Of a stretch of DNA of 64,000 nt, positions 50,938-61,296 are shown one piece after another. How positions within the stretch are numbered: the first letter of the stretch is position 1; every line of letters begins with the position of its first letter. Under the pieces are notes generated by a model. That model had not been told where the DNA came from, did not search any database, and worked only from the letters and a program-made list of their open reading frames with translations. The stretch spans positions 544,001-608,000 of the forward strand of contig CP182352.1 of the NCBI GenBank assembly GCA_048571215.1, given 5' to 3'. This DNA comes from Halarcobacter sp. GTDB taxonomy: Bacteria; Campylobacterota; Campylobacteria; Campylobacterales; Arcobacteraceae. The position numbers and the translations under genes were made by a program.

Positions 50938-51533
50938 TGAGAATTATATTTATTTCACCAAACACAATTTTACATCAACATTGGGACAAATCAATTAATC
51001 AAAACTCTAAATTGCATTATTTATATTCAAAAAATGAGTTGGAAATTTTTGAATTTTTCGATGATGATATTGTATTATTTGATTATGATAATATGTATGA
51101 ATATTTAACTATGGTATTAAAATCAAGAGTTATATGTTTAAGTTCAAACCTAGATGAGTTTAAAGGATATAAACTTTTAAAAATGGGAATTAAAGCATAT
51201 GGAAATAGTTATATGACACCTTTTAATCTTAAAAATGTCATAAATACTGTAAATGAAGGAAAAGTTTGGATATATGCAGAACTTATGAGTTTTATAATCA
51301 ATAATACAACAATTGATACAGAAAATAAAAAAGATTTAAAAATAGATTTATTAACACAAAGAGAATTAGGTGTTGTAAAAGAGCTTTCAAAAGGTCTAAC
51401 TAATAAACAAATCGCAGATAATTTAAATATATCTGAACGTACAGTAAAAGCACATATCTCTTCTTCTTATAGAAAACTAGAACTAAACGATAGAGTTAGC
51501 TTAGGAATATTAATTAAAGAGCATTTTAACTAA
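50937..51533 (+). CDS. LuxR/NarL-family HTH regulator with atypical receiver domain
   Basis: LTQRELGVV...GLTNKQIADNLNISERTVKAHIS. Confidence 0.9.
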   Translation: MRIIFISPNTILHQHWDKSINQNSKLHYLYSKNELEIFEFFDDDIVLFDYDNMYEYLTMVLKSRVICLSSNLDEFKGYKLLKMGIKAYGNSYMTPFNLKNVINTVNEGKVWIYAELMSFIINNTTIDTENKKDLKIDLLTQRELGVVKELSKGLTNKQIADNLNISERTVKAHISSSYRKLELNDRVSLGILIKEHFN

Positions 51534-51588
51534 ATTAATATAACTTACGTGTCGAAGTTTTACTTTATTAAAAAAGTTAATTCTAAAA

Positions 51589-52197
51589 CTATACTTTATA
51601 TGCACTCATAAATACATCAACAGCTCTTACAACCATCTTATCCATCTCTTTTTTTGAAAACTCAATATCAATATTAAACAAAAATGGGTGTATCAATTCT
51701 GATTCTAAAAGTGCATATAGATGCTTTGTCGCAATAGTGGTATCTGTTTTTTTAAGTTTTTTCTCTTTTATTGCTTTTTCTAAATAATTAGAAATAACAA
51801 CTTGACTTTTTTTGACTCTGTTATTGTAAGTAATTTTTCCTAAGTCTGTTATTCCTGATTGGCTTATTGTTAGCCTTCTTAGCTCTTTTAATTTTGGTGA
51901 GTATAAAAAAGCAAGATATCTTTTACCAAATTCACACAGTTGGGTATGTACATTTGTTACCTTGCTATTTTTATCAATAGGTTCATGAACAAGCTCAAAT
52001 TCACCAGCATTTGATATAGATATTACTTCAAAGAAAAGCTCTTCTTTTGAGGAGAAATAGTTATATAGTGTTGTTTTAGAACCCCCGACTCGTGCACAAA
52101 TTTTTGACATTGAAGCTCTTTCAAATCCATATTCTTTGAAAACTTCAGTTGCTGCTTGAATTATTGATTGTCTTTTTATTTCTGTTTTTCTTCTCAT
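51589..52197 (-). CDS. TetR/AcrR family regulator
   Basis: AATEVFKEYGFERASMSKICARVGGSKTTLYNYFSSKEELF; divergent from the efflux operon. Confidence 0.93.
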   Translation of the reverse strand: MRRKTEIKRQSIIQAATEVFKEYGFERASMSKICARVGGSKTTLYNYFSSKEELFFEVISISNAGEFELVHEPIDKNSKVTNVHTQLCEFGKRYLAFLYSPKLKELRRLTISQSGITDLGKITYNNRVKKSQVVISNYLEKAIKEKKLKKTDTTIATKHLYALLESELIHPFLFNIDIEFSKKEMDKMVVRAVDVFMSAYKV

Positions 52198-52264
52198 TAA
52201 AGTTTCTTTTCAACTAAATATTTTAAAGAGATATTAACATTTAAAAAGATAATATTCCTTTAAA

Positions 52265-52285
52265 TGTACAGTACAGTACAGTACA
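52265..52285. promoter_or_regulatory. T(GTACA)4 array, candidate TetR operator
   Basis: TGTACAGTACAGTACAGTACA between the divergent tetR and efflux starts. Confidence 0.55.
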
Positions 52286-52304
52286 ATTTTAAAGAAAGGT
52301 ATAA

Positions 52305-53759
52305 ATGAATACTATTAAAACTATAATTTCTTTTACTATTTTAGCTTTATTGATGGCTGGATGTATACCGCTTCCTGCAAAAAAAGAATTATATAATGCA
52401 AATTCAATATCACAATATAAAGAATCACTCTCAAGTAAAAATAATATTTCATGGCCAAAAGAATCATGGTGGAAAGTTTATGGTGATAAGCAACTAAATT
52501 TGTTGATAAGTGAGGCATTAAAAGATTCACCAAATATGATTTCTGCAATGGCAAGGTTAAATGAAGCAGATGCTTATACTCAAGTTATAAAATCAACAAA
52601 TCTACCACAAATAAGTGCAAATGCACAAGTAACAAAAGAGAAACATAGTTATAACTACATTACACCACCATCTGTTACTCCAAAAGGTTGGAATGATTAT
52701 GGACAAGCAACGTTGAACTTTTCTTGGGAGTTAGATTTTTGGGGTAAAAATCGTGCAACTATAGCTGCTAGTATCTCAAATGTAGAAGCTATGAAAGCAG
52801 AACTTGCACAAACAAGATTGACCCTTTCTAGTGCAATAGCAAGCAATTATGCCCAATTGGCACGGCTTTATGCCAATATGGATGAATTAAAAGAGTATTT
52901 AATAGTTCAAAATAAATTATTGGTATTGTTAAATCAAAGATATGAAAATGGACTTGAAAACAAATCAACAGTCGATGATGCAAAAAGTTTATTAGCGAAT
53001 ACACAAGGGGATGTTTTATCATTGGATGAACAAATCTCTTTACAAAAAAATAAAATAGCAGCACTAATGGGTGCAGGACCCAATAGAGCTCTTAAAATAA
53101 CTCGTCCAACAATTGATTTTTATCAAATTAGATTTGGCTTACCCGATGACTTAGCAGTTAATTTGTTGGGAAGACGACCAGACATAATGGCTGCTAGGAT
53201 GCAAGTAGAATCAAAAGAGTATTTAATCAAAGAGAAAAAAGCTGAGTTTTATCCTAATATAAATCTTTCAGCTTTTATTGGGTTGCAATCTTTAGGATTG
53301 AATCTACTTAATGAAAAAGATTCATATATGGGTTCAGTAGGTCCTGCTATCTCCTTGCCTATTTTCTCAGCAGGAAGATTAAAAGGTGATTTGCGTAGAA
53401 ATATAAGTATATATGAGCAAGCAGTTGCAAACTATAATCAAACTATAACTCAAGCTTTAAAAGAGGTTGCAGATGCGGGGACTAGTCAAAAATCATTGAC
53501 AAAACAGATTTCAAGGTCTTTAGAAGCACTAAACTCTTCAAAAGAAGCTTATGAGATAAAAACAAAGCGTTATGAAGGTGGACTTAGTAATTATTTAGAA
53601 GTCTTATATTCACAAGAAAATCTTATAAATGCAAAAAGAAATTTTATAAATCAAAAAAGTAGAGCGCTTACTTTAGATATAGCACTTAAGTATGCACTTG
53701 GGGGCGGATATAATCAAAAATTGCCTATGAATGAAAAAGGAAACAATAGTGGAAAATAA
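52305..53759 (+). CDS. Efflux outer-membrane lipoprotein (NodT/OprM family)
   Basis: Lipobox MAGC, WWKVYGDKQL, SWELDFWG, LLGRRPDI, FYPNINL, ALGGGY. Confidence 0.92.
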   Translation: MNTIKTIISFTILALLMAGCIPLPAKKELYNANSISQYKESLSSKNNISWPKESWWKVYGDKQLNLLISEALKDSPNMISAMARLNEADAYTQVIKSTNLPQISANAQVTKEKHSYNYITPPSVTPKGWNDYGQATLNFSWELDFWGKNRATIAASISNVEAMKAELAQTRLTLSSAIASNYAQLARLYANMDELKEYLIVQNKLLVLLNQRYENGLENKSTVDDAKSLLANTQGDVLSLDEQISLQKNKIAALMGAGPNRALKITRPTIDFYQIRFGLPDDLAVNLLGRRPDIMAARMQVESKEYLIKEKKAEFYPNINLSAFIGLQSLGLNLLNEKDSYMGSVGPAISLPIFSAGRLKGDLRRNISIYEQAVANYNQTITQALKEVADAGTSQKSLTKQISRSLEALNSSKEAYEIKTKRYEGGLSNYLEVLYSQENLINAKRNFINQKSRALTLDIALKYALGGGYNQKLPMNEKGNNSGK

Positions 53760-54882
53760 TAAAAATAATATTGAAAAAGTAAAGAACAATCAAAATAAAA
53801 GAAAAAAAGCACTTTTGATTTTCTTAGTATTGATTATTTTAGTAGGGGCATCTTTTGGTTTGTATTGGTATTTTTATGCTTCCCATTATGTTTCAACTGA
53901 TAATGCATATACAGATGTTGAAATAGCGCAAGTTACCCCTTCTGTTGGCGGTACAATTAGTGATGTTCTTGTTTCAAATACTCAAGTTGTAAAAAAAGGT
54001 GATATTTTAGTAAAAATAGATCAAACAGATACTTCTTTAGCAGTAGAAGAAGCAAAAGCAAATTTAAGTCTAGCAATTCGTCGAGTAAAAGGTTATATGG
54101 CAAATAATAAAGGCTTAAATGCCCTAATAGAAGCTAGAAAAGCTGATGAAATAAGAATGAATGCAAAACTAAGTTCTGCAAAAGCTGACTTTCAAAAGGC
54201 ACAAATTGATTTAAAAAGAAGAGAAGATTTAATCTCATCTGGTGCAATTTCAGCAGATGAATTAACAAAAGCAAAAAATGCCTATGAAAATGCGAAATCA
54301 AACCTAGATGCAACAATAGCAGAGGTAAAACAATCAAAATCAAATATTGTTTCAGCAATTGGTTCAAGAAATCAAAATGCAACAAAAATTGATGATGTAA
54401 GTGTAGAAAACAATCCAGAAGTTCTTTTAGCAAAAGCAAAATTAGACCAAGCAATTGTAAATTTAAATCGTACAATAATAAAAGCACCAATAGGTGGAAT
54501 AATTGCAAAAAGACAAGTAGAACTTGGACAAAGAGTTCAAGCGGGAACACCTTTATTATCAATAGTTCCTACACAAAATATATATGTAAATGCAAACTTT
54601 AAAGAGGGTAAATTAAGACGGGTTAAAGTTGGTCAAGACGTAATTGTTCATGCAGATATATATGGAAATGATGTTACATATCATGGTAAAGTAGAAGGTT
54701 TTTCTGGTGGAACTGGAGCTGCTTTTTCTTTAATCCCTGCACAAAATGCTACAGGGAATTGGATTAAAGTTGTTCAAAGGGTGCCAGTTCGTATTAAATT
54801 ACTTCCAGAAGAGTTAAAAGTTCACCCTTTAAAAGTAGGTCTTTCAATGGATGTAGAGATAAATACTTTTGATCAAAAATAA
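53749..54882 (+). CDS. emrA: EmrA-family membrane fusion protein
   Basis: VSTDNAY, ANFKE, FSLIPAQNATGNWIKVVQRVPVRI. GTG 53749 with AAGGA RBS is preferred over ATG 53731. Confidence 0.9.
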   Translation: MENNKNNIEKVKNNQNKRKKALLIFLVLIILVGASFGLYWYFYASHYVSTDNAYTDVEIAQVTPSVGGTISDVLVSNTQVVKKGDILVKIDQTDTSLAVEEAKANLSLAIRRVKGYMANNKGLNALIEARKADEIRMNAKLSSAKADFQKAQIDLKRREDLISSGAISADELTKAKNAYENAKSNLDATIAEVKQSKSNIVSAIGSRNQNATKIDDVSVENNPEVLLAKAKLDQAIVNLNRTIIKAPIGGIIAKRQVELGQRVQAGTPLLSIVPTQNIYVNANFKEGKLRRVKVGQDVIVHADIYGNDVTYHGKVEGFSGGTGAAFSLIPAQNATGNWIKVVQRVPVRIKLLPEELKVHPLKVGLSMDVEINTFDQK

Positions 54883-54896
54883 AATGAGAATCTATT

Positions 54897-56447
54897 ATGC
54901 AAAATGATAAAGCTACTTCTGAAGAGCTTATAGGAGAATTTAAATTACCCAAAACAATGTTTTGGATTGCAGCACTTATGCTTACAACTGCAAATTTCAT
55001 TGCAGTTTTAAATATGACTATTGCAAATGTATCAGTTCCTCATATTGCTGGAAATTTAGGAGCAACTGCCTCTCAAGGTACTTGGGTGATCACAGCTTAT
55101 GCCATTGGTGAAGCAATCACTGTGCCACTTACTGGTTGGTTTGCAGCTAGATTTGGAGCTATAAAAGTATTTGTGGTATCTATGGTTATGTTTGGACTAT
55201 TTTCTATAGTTTGTGGGCTCTCTGATTCTTTAGGTTTACTTGTTATTGCAAGAGTATTTCAAGGATTTTCAGGTGGACCTTTGATGCCACTTTCTCAAAC
55301 TTTGCTTTTAAGACTTTTCCCCAAGGAAAAAGCAGGAGTTGCTATAGGGATGTGGTCTATGACAACACTTGTAGCTCCTGTTTTGGGTCCTATAGTAGGA
55401 GGTTATGTTTGTGATGAGTATAGTTGGCCTTGGGTATTTTTCTTAAATTCTCCTATTGTAATTATTTGTGGATTTTTTGCTTGGGAGATATTAAAAGATT
55501 ATAGTGAGCCTTTAGTTAAAAAACCTATTGATGTTACGGGTTTAGTTTTGTTGATTATTTGGGTAGTAACTTTGCAATTAGTATTAGATGAGGGGAAAGA
55601 TCTTGATTGGTTTGCTTCTGATAAAATTGTAATATTATCTACAATCTCCTTTATAGGATTTGTTAGTTTTATAATCTGGGAGTTTTATGAAGAACATCCT
55701 GTTGTGGATTTGAAGATTTTTAGGCATAGGGGATTTACAATCAGTGTTTTAACTGTAAGTTTAGCTTTTGGTGCATATTTTGGTGCCAATGTTTTAACTC
55801 CCCTTTGGCTTCAAACTTTGATGGGATATACAGGAACTCAAGCTGGACTTGCTGCTTGTTGGACTGGACTTGCAGGATTAGTTGTAGCTCCATTTGTAGC
55901 AAAAGCTTCAACTACAGTTGATGCTAGAAAGTTAGTTTTTGTAGGTGTATTGTGGCTTAGTCTTATGACCTTTTGGAGGGGGATTGCAAATACAGATATG
56001 GCTTTTATAGATGTTATGTTACCTCTATTATTTATGGGATTTGGATTGCCTTTCTTTTTCATTCCTTCAATGGGTTTATCCCTTTCAAGTGTTGAAAAAA
56101 ATGAAGTAGATTCAGCAGCAGGCTTATTAAATTTTGTTCGTACACTTTCAGGTGCTTTTGCAACATCATTTGTAGCAACAGCTTGGAGTAATAAAACAAT
56201 TGAATATCATGCCAATTTGGTAGCTATTACTGATAGTGATAGTAGTGCACGAATAGCAATGGAACATTCAGGTATGAGTACAGATTTGATTAATCAAACA
56301 ATAAATATGATGATAAATAAACAAAGTGTAATGTTAGCAACAAATCAAGTTATGATTACACTTTCTGTTGTATTTGTTTTTGCAGCTATTATTATTTGGG
56401 GAGCTGCTAAACCTATAAAAGTCCCTAAGACAACTGCTGGTCATTAA
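54897..56447 (+). CDS. emrB: EmrB-family DHA2 MFS efflux permease
   Basis: TIANVSVPHIAG, QGTWVITAY, RVFQG, APVLGPIVGG, DLDWF; about 14 TMs. Confidence 0.92.
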   Translation: MQNDKATSEELIGEFKLPKTMFWIAALMLTTANFIAVLNMTIANVSVPHIAGNLGATASQGTWVITAYAIGEAITVPLTGWFAARFGAIKVFVVSMVMFGLFSIVCGLSDSLGLLVIARVFQGFSGGPLMPLSQTLLLRLFPKEKAGVAIGMWSMTTLVAPVLGPIVGGYVCDEYSWPWVFFLNSPIVIICGFFAWEILKDYSEPLVKKPIDVTGLVLLIIWVVTLQLVLDEGKDLDWFASDKIVILSTISFIGFVSFIIWEFYEEHPVVDLKIFRHRGFTISVLTVSLAFGAYFGANVLTPLWLQTLMGYTGTQAGLAACWTGLAGLVVAPFVAKASTTVDARKLVFVGVLWLSLMTFWRGIANTDMAFIDVMLPLLFMGFGLPFFFIPSMGLSLSSVEKNEVDSAAGLLNFVRTLSGAFATSFVATAWSNKTIEYHANLVAITDSDSSARIAMEHSGMSTDLINQTINMMINKQSVMLATNQVMITLSVVFVFAAIIIWGAAKPIKVPKTTAGH

Positions 56448-56565
56448 TAAATAAAATTTATAAATTAGTTTGAAAAAATAGTTAATAATTATTAAAGATA
56501 TACTTTATAAAAGTTTTTATAAATATAGATTATAATGACTTAATATAGTTTTATTAAGGACTCTC

Positions 56566-59500
56566 TTGAAAAAGTTATTTATAAGTATATTTTTATTTTT
56601 TTATATCTTATATGCAAATCAATTGAATTTAACAAAAGATGAAATAGAGTATATAAAAAATAAAAAACTTATAGTAGTTAGTAATGAGTATGATTATGAA
56701 CCTTATGATTTTAATATAAATGGGAAAGCTATGGGGTATTCTATTGATTTGATAGAAGCTCTTTTAAAAAATACTGGTTTAAAAATAAAATATGAAACTA
56801 AACCTTGGGAACAACTACTTGAAGATTTTCATAAAGGGAAAATCGATTTAATTCATACTATTTTAAAAACTAAAGAAAGACAAAAAGATTATAAATTTTC
56901 ATTAGGTTACTCAAATATTATAAGAAATTATATAATTAGAAAAAATAGTAAAGATATAGATAGTATTGAAGAGCTTTTTGGTAAAAAAGTTGGTATATCA
57001 AGAGCTTGGAGTGAAGAGAAATTTTTTAGTAATTTCCCCCAAATAAAAAAAAGATACTATAAAAATATAGAAGATAAATTAATTGCATTAGCCAGTGGAG
57101 AGATAGATGCCATTATAAACAGCTCAAATGTTGTTCAATATTATATTCATAAATATAATTATAATAATCTAAAGATTTCAAATCTTGTAAAAGAGAGTAA
57201 TAACAACAGCTATATTAATTATTATTTTGCTACTTTAAAAGATAAACCCCATTTAATATCTATTATAAACAAAGCTTACGAAAATATATCTTTAGAAACA
57301 ATTGAGAGCTTAAATAGAAAATGGTTTGGAATATTAGATAAAAAATATAGTAAAAGAGTTTTGTTAGATAAAAATGAAGAAAAATTTTTATCAGATAAAA
57401 AGAGTATAAACATGTGTATTGATCCCGATTGGATGCCTTTTGAATCTTTTAAAAATGGGCAATATATAGGAATGAGTGCTGATTATTTTAAGATATTTGA
57501 AAAAAAAATAGGGATTCCTATTAAGGTTGTAGAAACAAAAACTTGGCTTGAATCTTTAGATTTAGGGGAAAAAAGAAAATGTGACATATTCTCACTTATT
57601 ATGCCTACACCACAGAGAAAAAAATACTTAGATTTTACAAAAGAGTATTTTAAAACACCACTTGTTTTTGCATCTGAGATTTTTAGACCTTGGGTAGATG
57701 ATTTTGAGCAAATAAAAGATAAAAAAATAGGTATTGTAAAAGGGTATGCATATGGCGAGATTTTAAGAAAAAAATATCCCTATATAGATTTAATTGAAGT
57801 TAATAATATCCATGATGGCTTAACAAAAGTTGAGAAGGGTGAACTTTACGGTTTTATAGGCACTCTTGCAACTGTGGGCTATCATATACAACATGATCAT
57901 ATTGGGCAAATCAAAATCAATGGTAAGTTTAAAGATAATTGGAAACTTGGTATTGGTACAAGAAATGATGAACCCTTATTAAAAGATATATTTAATAAAG
58001 CTATTGATAGTTTAACTTCAATGGATCATCAAACAATATTAAATAAATGGATTTCTGTTAATATAAAAGGGGAGAATTTCTATGAATTAACAAATAAGGA
58101 AAAAGAGTTTTTAAGAAAACGTCCTATTATAAAATTTTTAGTAAGACCTGCAAGACCACCTTTTGAATTTGTTGAAGATGGTAAAGTTAAAGGTATAGCC
58201 TTAGATTATATTAATAAGATTGGGGAAAAATTAGGTTTTAAAGTAAAGTTTATTGTAAAAGATATTTCATTAAAAGAAACGTATAAAGAGCTTTTATCAG
58301 ATAATAGAGATTTTGATACTTTATTATTTTCTGTCAAAAATAAAAAAAGAGCCCAAAAAATTAATTTTGGAGATACTTTTTTATCTTATCCTCATATGAT
58401 TATAGTAAATAAAAATACAGCTTACGTAGGGAAAGTTGCCGATTTATTAGATAAAAAAGTTGCTGTGGAAGAGGGTTTTTTGACTAATAAGTGGTTAAAA
58501 AGAGATCATCCCCAATTAGAAATAATACCTGCAACAAATACATTAGAAGCTTTAACTATGGTAAACAATGGTAAAGCAGATGCTTATGTAGGTAATATGG
58601 CAGTTGCAAACTATTTGAGCTCTAATAAAGGTTTTGAAAAACTTAAAATCGCTGCTCCCTCTAAATATGGAACTATTGATTATAGATTTGTTGCACCTAA
58701 AGATATTGGTATATTAGCTTCAATCCTTAGTAAAGGATACAAACAATTAACACCAGCAGAACATAATCTTATTGCGCAAAAGTGGTTTTCTCAAAAAACG
58801 GTTGAAAAAATAGATTATGTTTTAATTTGGAAAATTATCGCTTTTTTTATTTTCATTATTTTATGGATGATTTGGTGGAGTAGAAAACTTCATATTGAAA
58901 AAAGAAAAACTGAATTAACTTTGTCTAAATTAGAAGAGACTAAAGATAGATTAAATAAACAAAAAGAGGAGTTTGAGCTTATCTTTAAATATTCCAAAGA
59001 TGGTATAGCAATAATTGATTTAGATACAAATTTTTTAAATCTAAATAATGCTTATACTAAAATTACAGGATATTCAAAAAAAGAGATGTTAAAAATGTCT
59101 TGTTTAAGTTTAGTAATACAAGAAGAGAGATTAGATATTATAAAAACAATAAAAGAGTGTATTCACTTAGGTTATGTGGAAAATTTCCAAAAAACTTGTA
59201 TCGTAGCAAATGAAAAAAAAGTTGATGTAAATATAAGTATGTCTTTATTGCCTGACAAAAATAGAATTTTAATAGTTCTAAAAGATGTTTCCGCTTTAAA
59301 ATTATTAGAAGAACAGTCAAAACTGGCTTCTATGGGACAAATGATTGGTAATATTGCTCATCAATGGAGACAACCTTTAAGTATGATTACTACAAATGCA
59401 AGTGGAGTTAAACTAAAAATAGAGTATGGTAAACTTGACAATGATTATATAATGGAAAATATGGATAGTATAATTAATCAAGCTAATTACTTATCTAAAA

Positions 59501-60027
59501 CAATAGACAACTTTAGAAATTTTATAAAAAATGAAAATAGATACACAACTATAAGTATTAAGGAGACTTTAGAACAAGCACTTAGTATTATAAATGCATC
59601 ATTAAAAAACAATTATATAACTGCTGTTTTAAATATAGAAGATGATTTAAAAATAGAGGGAAATATAAATGAACTTGTTGAATCTTTTATAAATCTAATC
59701 AATAACAGTAAAGATGCCTTAAAAGAAAATATAGAAGATGAGGATGATAGATTTATTTTTATAAGTACAAATCTGGTAGATTCTAATATTTTAGAAATAA
59801 AAATATTAGATAGTGGAGGGGGAATAGATAATAAAATTATAAATCATATCTTTGAGCCATACTTCACCACTAAACATCAATCTATAGGTACTGGACTAGG
59901 ACTCTCTATGGTTGATAAAATTATAAGGGAAAGACATAAAGGGATGATTTCAGTTTATAATCAAAATTTCGAGTACAATAATAAAAGACATAAAGGTGTG
60001 TGTTTTAAAATAGTTTTCAAAGCATAA
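56566..60027 (+). CDS. Sensor histidine kinase with three SBP-3-like periplasmic domains and a PAS domain
   Basis: Three periplasmic repeats, TM, PAS (DGIAIIDLD...ITGYSKKE), IAHQWRQPL, GTGLGL. Confidence 0.9.
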   Translation: MKKLFISIFLFFYILYANQLNLTKDEIEYIKNKKLIVVSNEYDYEPYDFNINGKAMGYSIDLIEALLKNTGLKIKYETKPWEQLLEDFHKGKIDLIHTILKTKERQKDYKFSLGYSNIIRNYIIRKNSKDIDSIEELFGKKVGISRAWSEEKFFSNFPQIKKRYYKNIEDKLIALASGEIDAIINSSNVVQYYIHKYNYNNLKISNLVKESNNNSYINYYFATLKDKPHLISIINKAYENISLETIESLNRKWFGILDKKYSKRVLLDKNEEKFLSDKKSINMCIDPDWMPFESFKNGQYIGMSADYFKIFEKKIGIPIKVVETKTWLESLDLGEKRKCDIFSLIMPTPQRKKYLDFTKEYFKTPLVFASEIFRPWVDDFEQIKDKKIGIVKGYAYGEILRKKYPYIDLIEVNNIHDGLTKVEKGELYGFIGTLATVGYHIQHDHIGQIKINGKFKDNWKLGIGTRNDEPLLKDIFNKAIDSLTSMDHQTILNKWISVNIKGENFYELTNKEKEFLRKRPIIKFLVRPARPPFEFVEDGKVKGIALDYINKIGEKLGFKVKFIVKDISLKETYKELLSDNRDFDTLLFSVKNKKRAQKINFGDTFLSYPHMIIVNKNTAYVGKVADLLDKKVAVEEGFLTNKWLKRDHPQLEIIPATNTLEALTMVNNGKADAYVGNMAVANYLSSNKGFEKLKIAAPSKYGTIDYRFVAPKDIGILASILSKGYKQLTPAEHNLIAQKWFSQKTVEKIDYVLIWKIIAFFIFIILWMIWWSRKLHIEKRKTELTLSKLEETKDRLNKQKEEFELIFKYSKDGIAIIDLDTNFLNLNNAYTKITGYSKKEMLKMSCLSLVIQEERLDIIKTIKECIHLGYVENFQKTCIVANEKKVDVNISMSLLPDKNRILIVLKDVSALKLLEEQSKLASMGQMIGNIAHQWRQPLSMITTNASGVKLKIEYGKLDNDYIMENMDSIINQANYLSKTIDNFRNFIKNENRYTTISIKETLEQALSIINASLKNNYITAVLNIEDDLKIEGNINELVESFINLINNSKDALKENIEDEDDRFIFISTNLVDSNILEIKILDSGGGIDNKIINHIFEPYFTTKHQSIGTGLGLSMVDKIIRERHKGMISVYNQNFEYNNKRHKGVCFKIVFKA

Positions 60028-60034
60028 ACTTTTT

Positions 60035-60442
60035 TTATAAAAGTAAAAAGTCTTCCACAATTTTTTTATGATCAAAAACAAGTTTATCTAAGGGAATCTC
60101 TTCAGGTTTATATATGAAAACCTCTTTTGCATCATCTTGTGCTTTAGGAGTTCCATAAGCTTTACATATATAAACAGCTGATGCAGTATGAAACCTTGGA
60201 TCCCTTTTAGGATCAGAATAGATATTTAATAAAGATTCAATTTGAACATCAAGGTTAGTCTCCTCTTGCATCTCTCTGATTAAAGCATTCTCAACTGTTT
60301 CTCCAATATCAACAAAGCCACCAGGAAGTGCCAAACCAAAAGGTTTATTTAATCTTTCAATTAAAACAATACCCTGAAAGTTTTCATCTCTATCAAAAAG
60401 TTTTATTATCCCATCAGTGCTTAAATGAGGCGTTTTTATCAT
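60035..60442 (-). CDS. NUDIX hydrolase
   Basis: Nudix box GGFVDIGETVENALIREMQEETNL; RDPRFH. Confidence 0.93.
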   Translation of the reverse strand: MIKTPHLSTDGIIKLFDRDENFQGIVLIERLNKPFGLALPGGFVDIGETVENALIREMQEETNLDVQIESLLNIYSDPKRDPRFHTASAVYICKAYGTPKAQDDAKEVFIYKPEEIPLDKLVFDHKKIVEDFLLL

Positions 60443-60521
60443 AGTGTTCCTTTATCAATAAAATATAATTTCTTATTTATAAACTTTTAAATATAATACC
60501 AAAAATAATATAGGATATACA

Positions 60522-60794
60522 GTGGAAATTACAAAAATATTAAAAAGAAATGATGATTTGTTATCTTCTGAAATGGATAGTGAATTAGTGATGATGGATT
60601 TAGAATTAAATAATTATTATGGATTAAATAAAATTGGTAAAGACATTTGGGAACTTTTAGAAAATGATTTGACTTTAGAAGAGTTATGTAATAAGCTTAT
60701 TGAAAAATATGAGGTATCTTTTGAACAGTGCAATGAGGATATTAGTCCATTTATAGAAAAATTAGAAAAATTAAATATTGTTAAAGTTTCTTAA
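60522..60794 (+). CDS. PqqD-family RiPP recognition element (lasso B1-like)
   Basis: SEMDSELVMMD...NYYGLNKIGKDIWELL...LCNKLIEKYEVS...DISPFIEKL; AGGA RBS. Confidence 0.88.
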   Translation: MEITKILKRNDDLLSSEMDSELVMMDLELNNYYGLNKIGKDIWELLENDLTLEELCNKLIEKYEVSFEQCNEDISPFIEKLEKLNIVKVS

Positions 60795-61110
60795 TTCAAT
60801 TAAGAATTTATTATCAAGATCTAAAAATTAAATTTTTATATTAATTGAGGCTTTTTTTATCTATTAAAAATAAAATATCTTCTTAAAAAATATGATTTTA
60901 ATTATTTAGTAAAAATTTATAACCTTAAAGTTGTAAATGTAGAGATTTGTGAAAAGTTTTGTAAAGAAGAGATTAGTTTAATAAATTGGGCAGTTGAGAG
61001 AAGTGCATCTGTTTTTCCTTGGGATGGTTTATGCTTAGTTAAGGTATTAGTTGTACAAAGAATACTTATATACTATTATTTACATGGGTGTAAAAAAGAT
61101 ATTTCACAGG
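60778..61110 (+). pseudogene. Lasso peptide B2 (transglutaminase-like leader peptidase) pseudogene
   Basis: TTG 60778 overlaps the B1 end; in-frame TAA at 60829; frameshift in the T7 run ~60852-60858; then ...INWAVERSASVFPWDGLCLVKVLVVQRIL, and after a further shift IYMGVKK. No AHAW motif follows. Confidence 0.75.
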
Positions 61111-61296
61111 CAGAACTTAAATCTTATTCCGAAAAGTAATAGTTTAAAACTTTTTTATTTATATTATTTTATAAGGCTTTATGACCTAATAAAAGGACAC
61201 ACTTTGAGTATACTTGGTATGAATCTAAAAGATAATAAAAAAGAGTTTCAAAATAAAACATCTTATGTATATAACTATTTAAATAAAAGGCAATAA

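Noticed and set aside
51589..56447. Efflux module as a recent horizontal acquisition
   Set aside because: Looks slightly more GC-rich by eye, but I cannot quantify this and see no mobility genes or boundary repeats.
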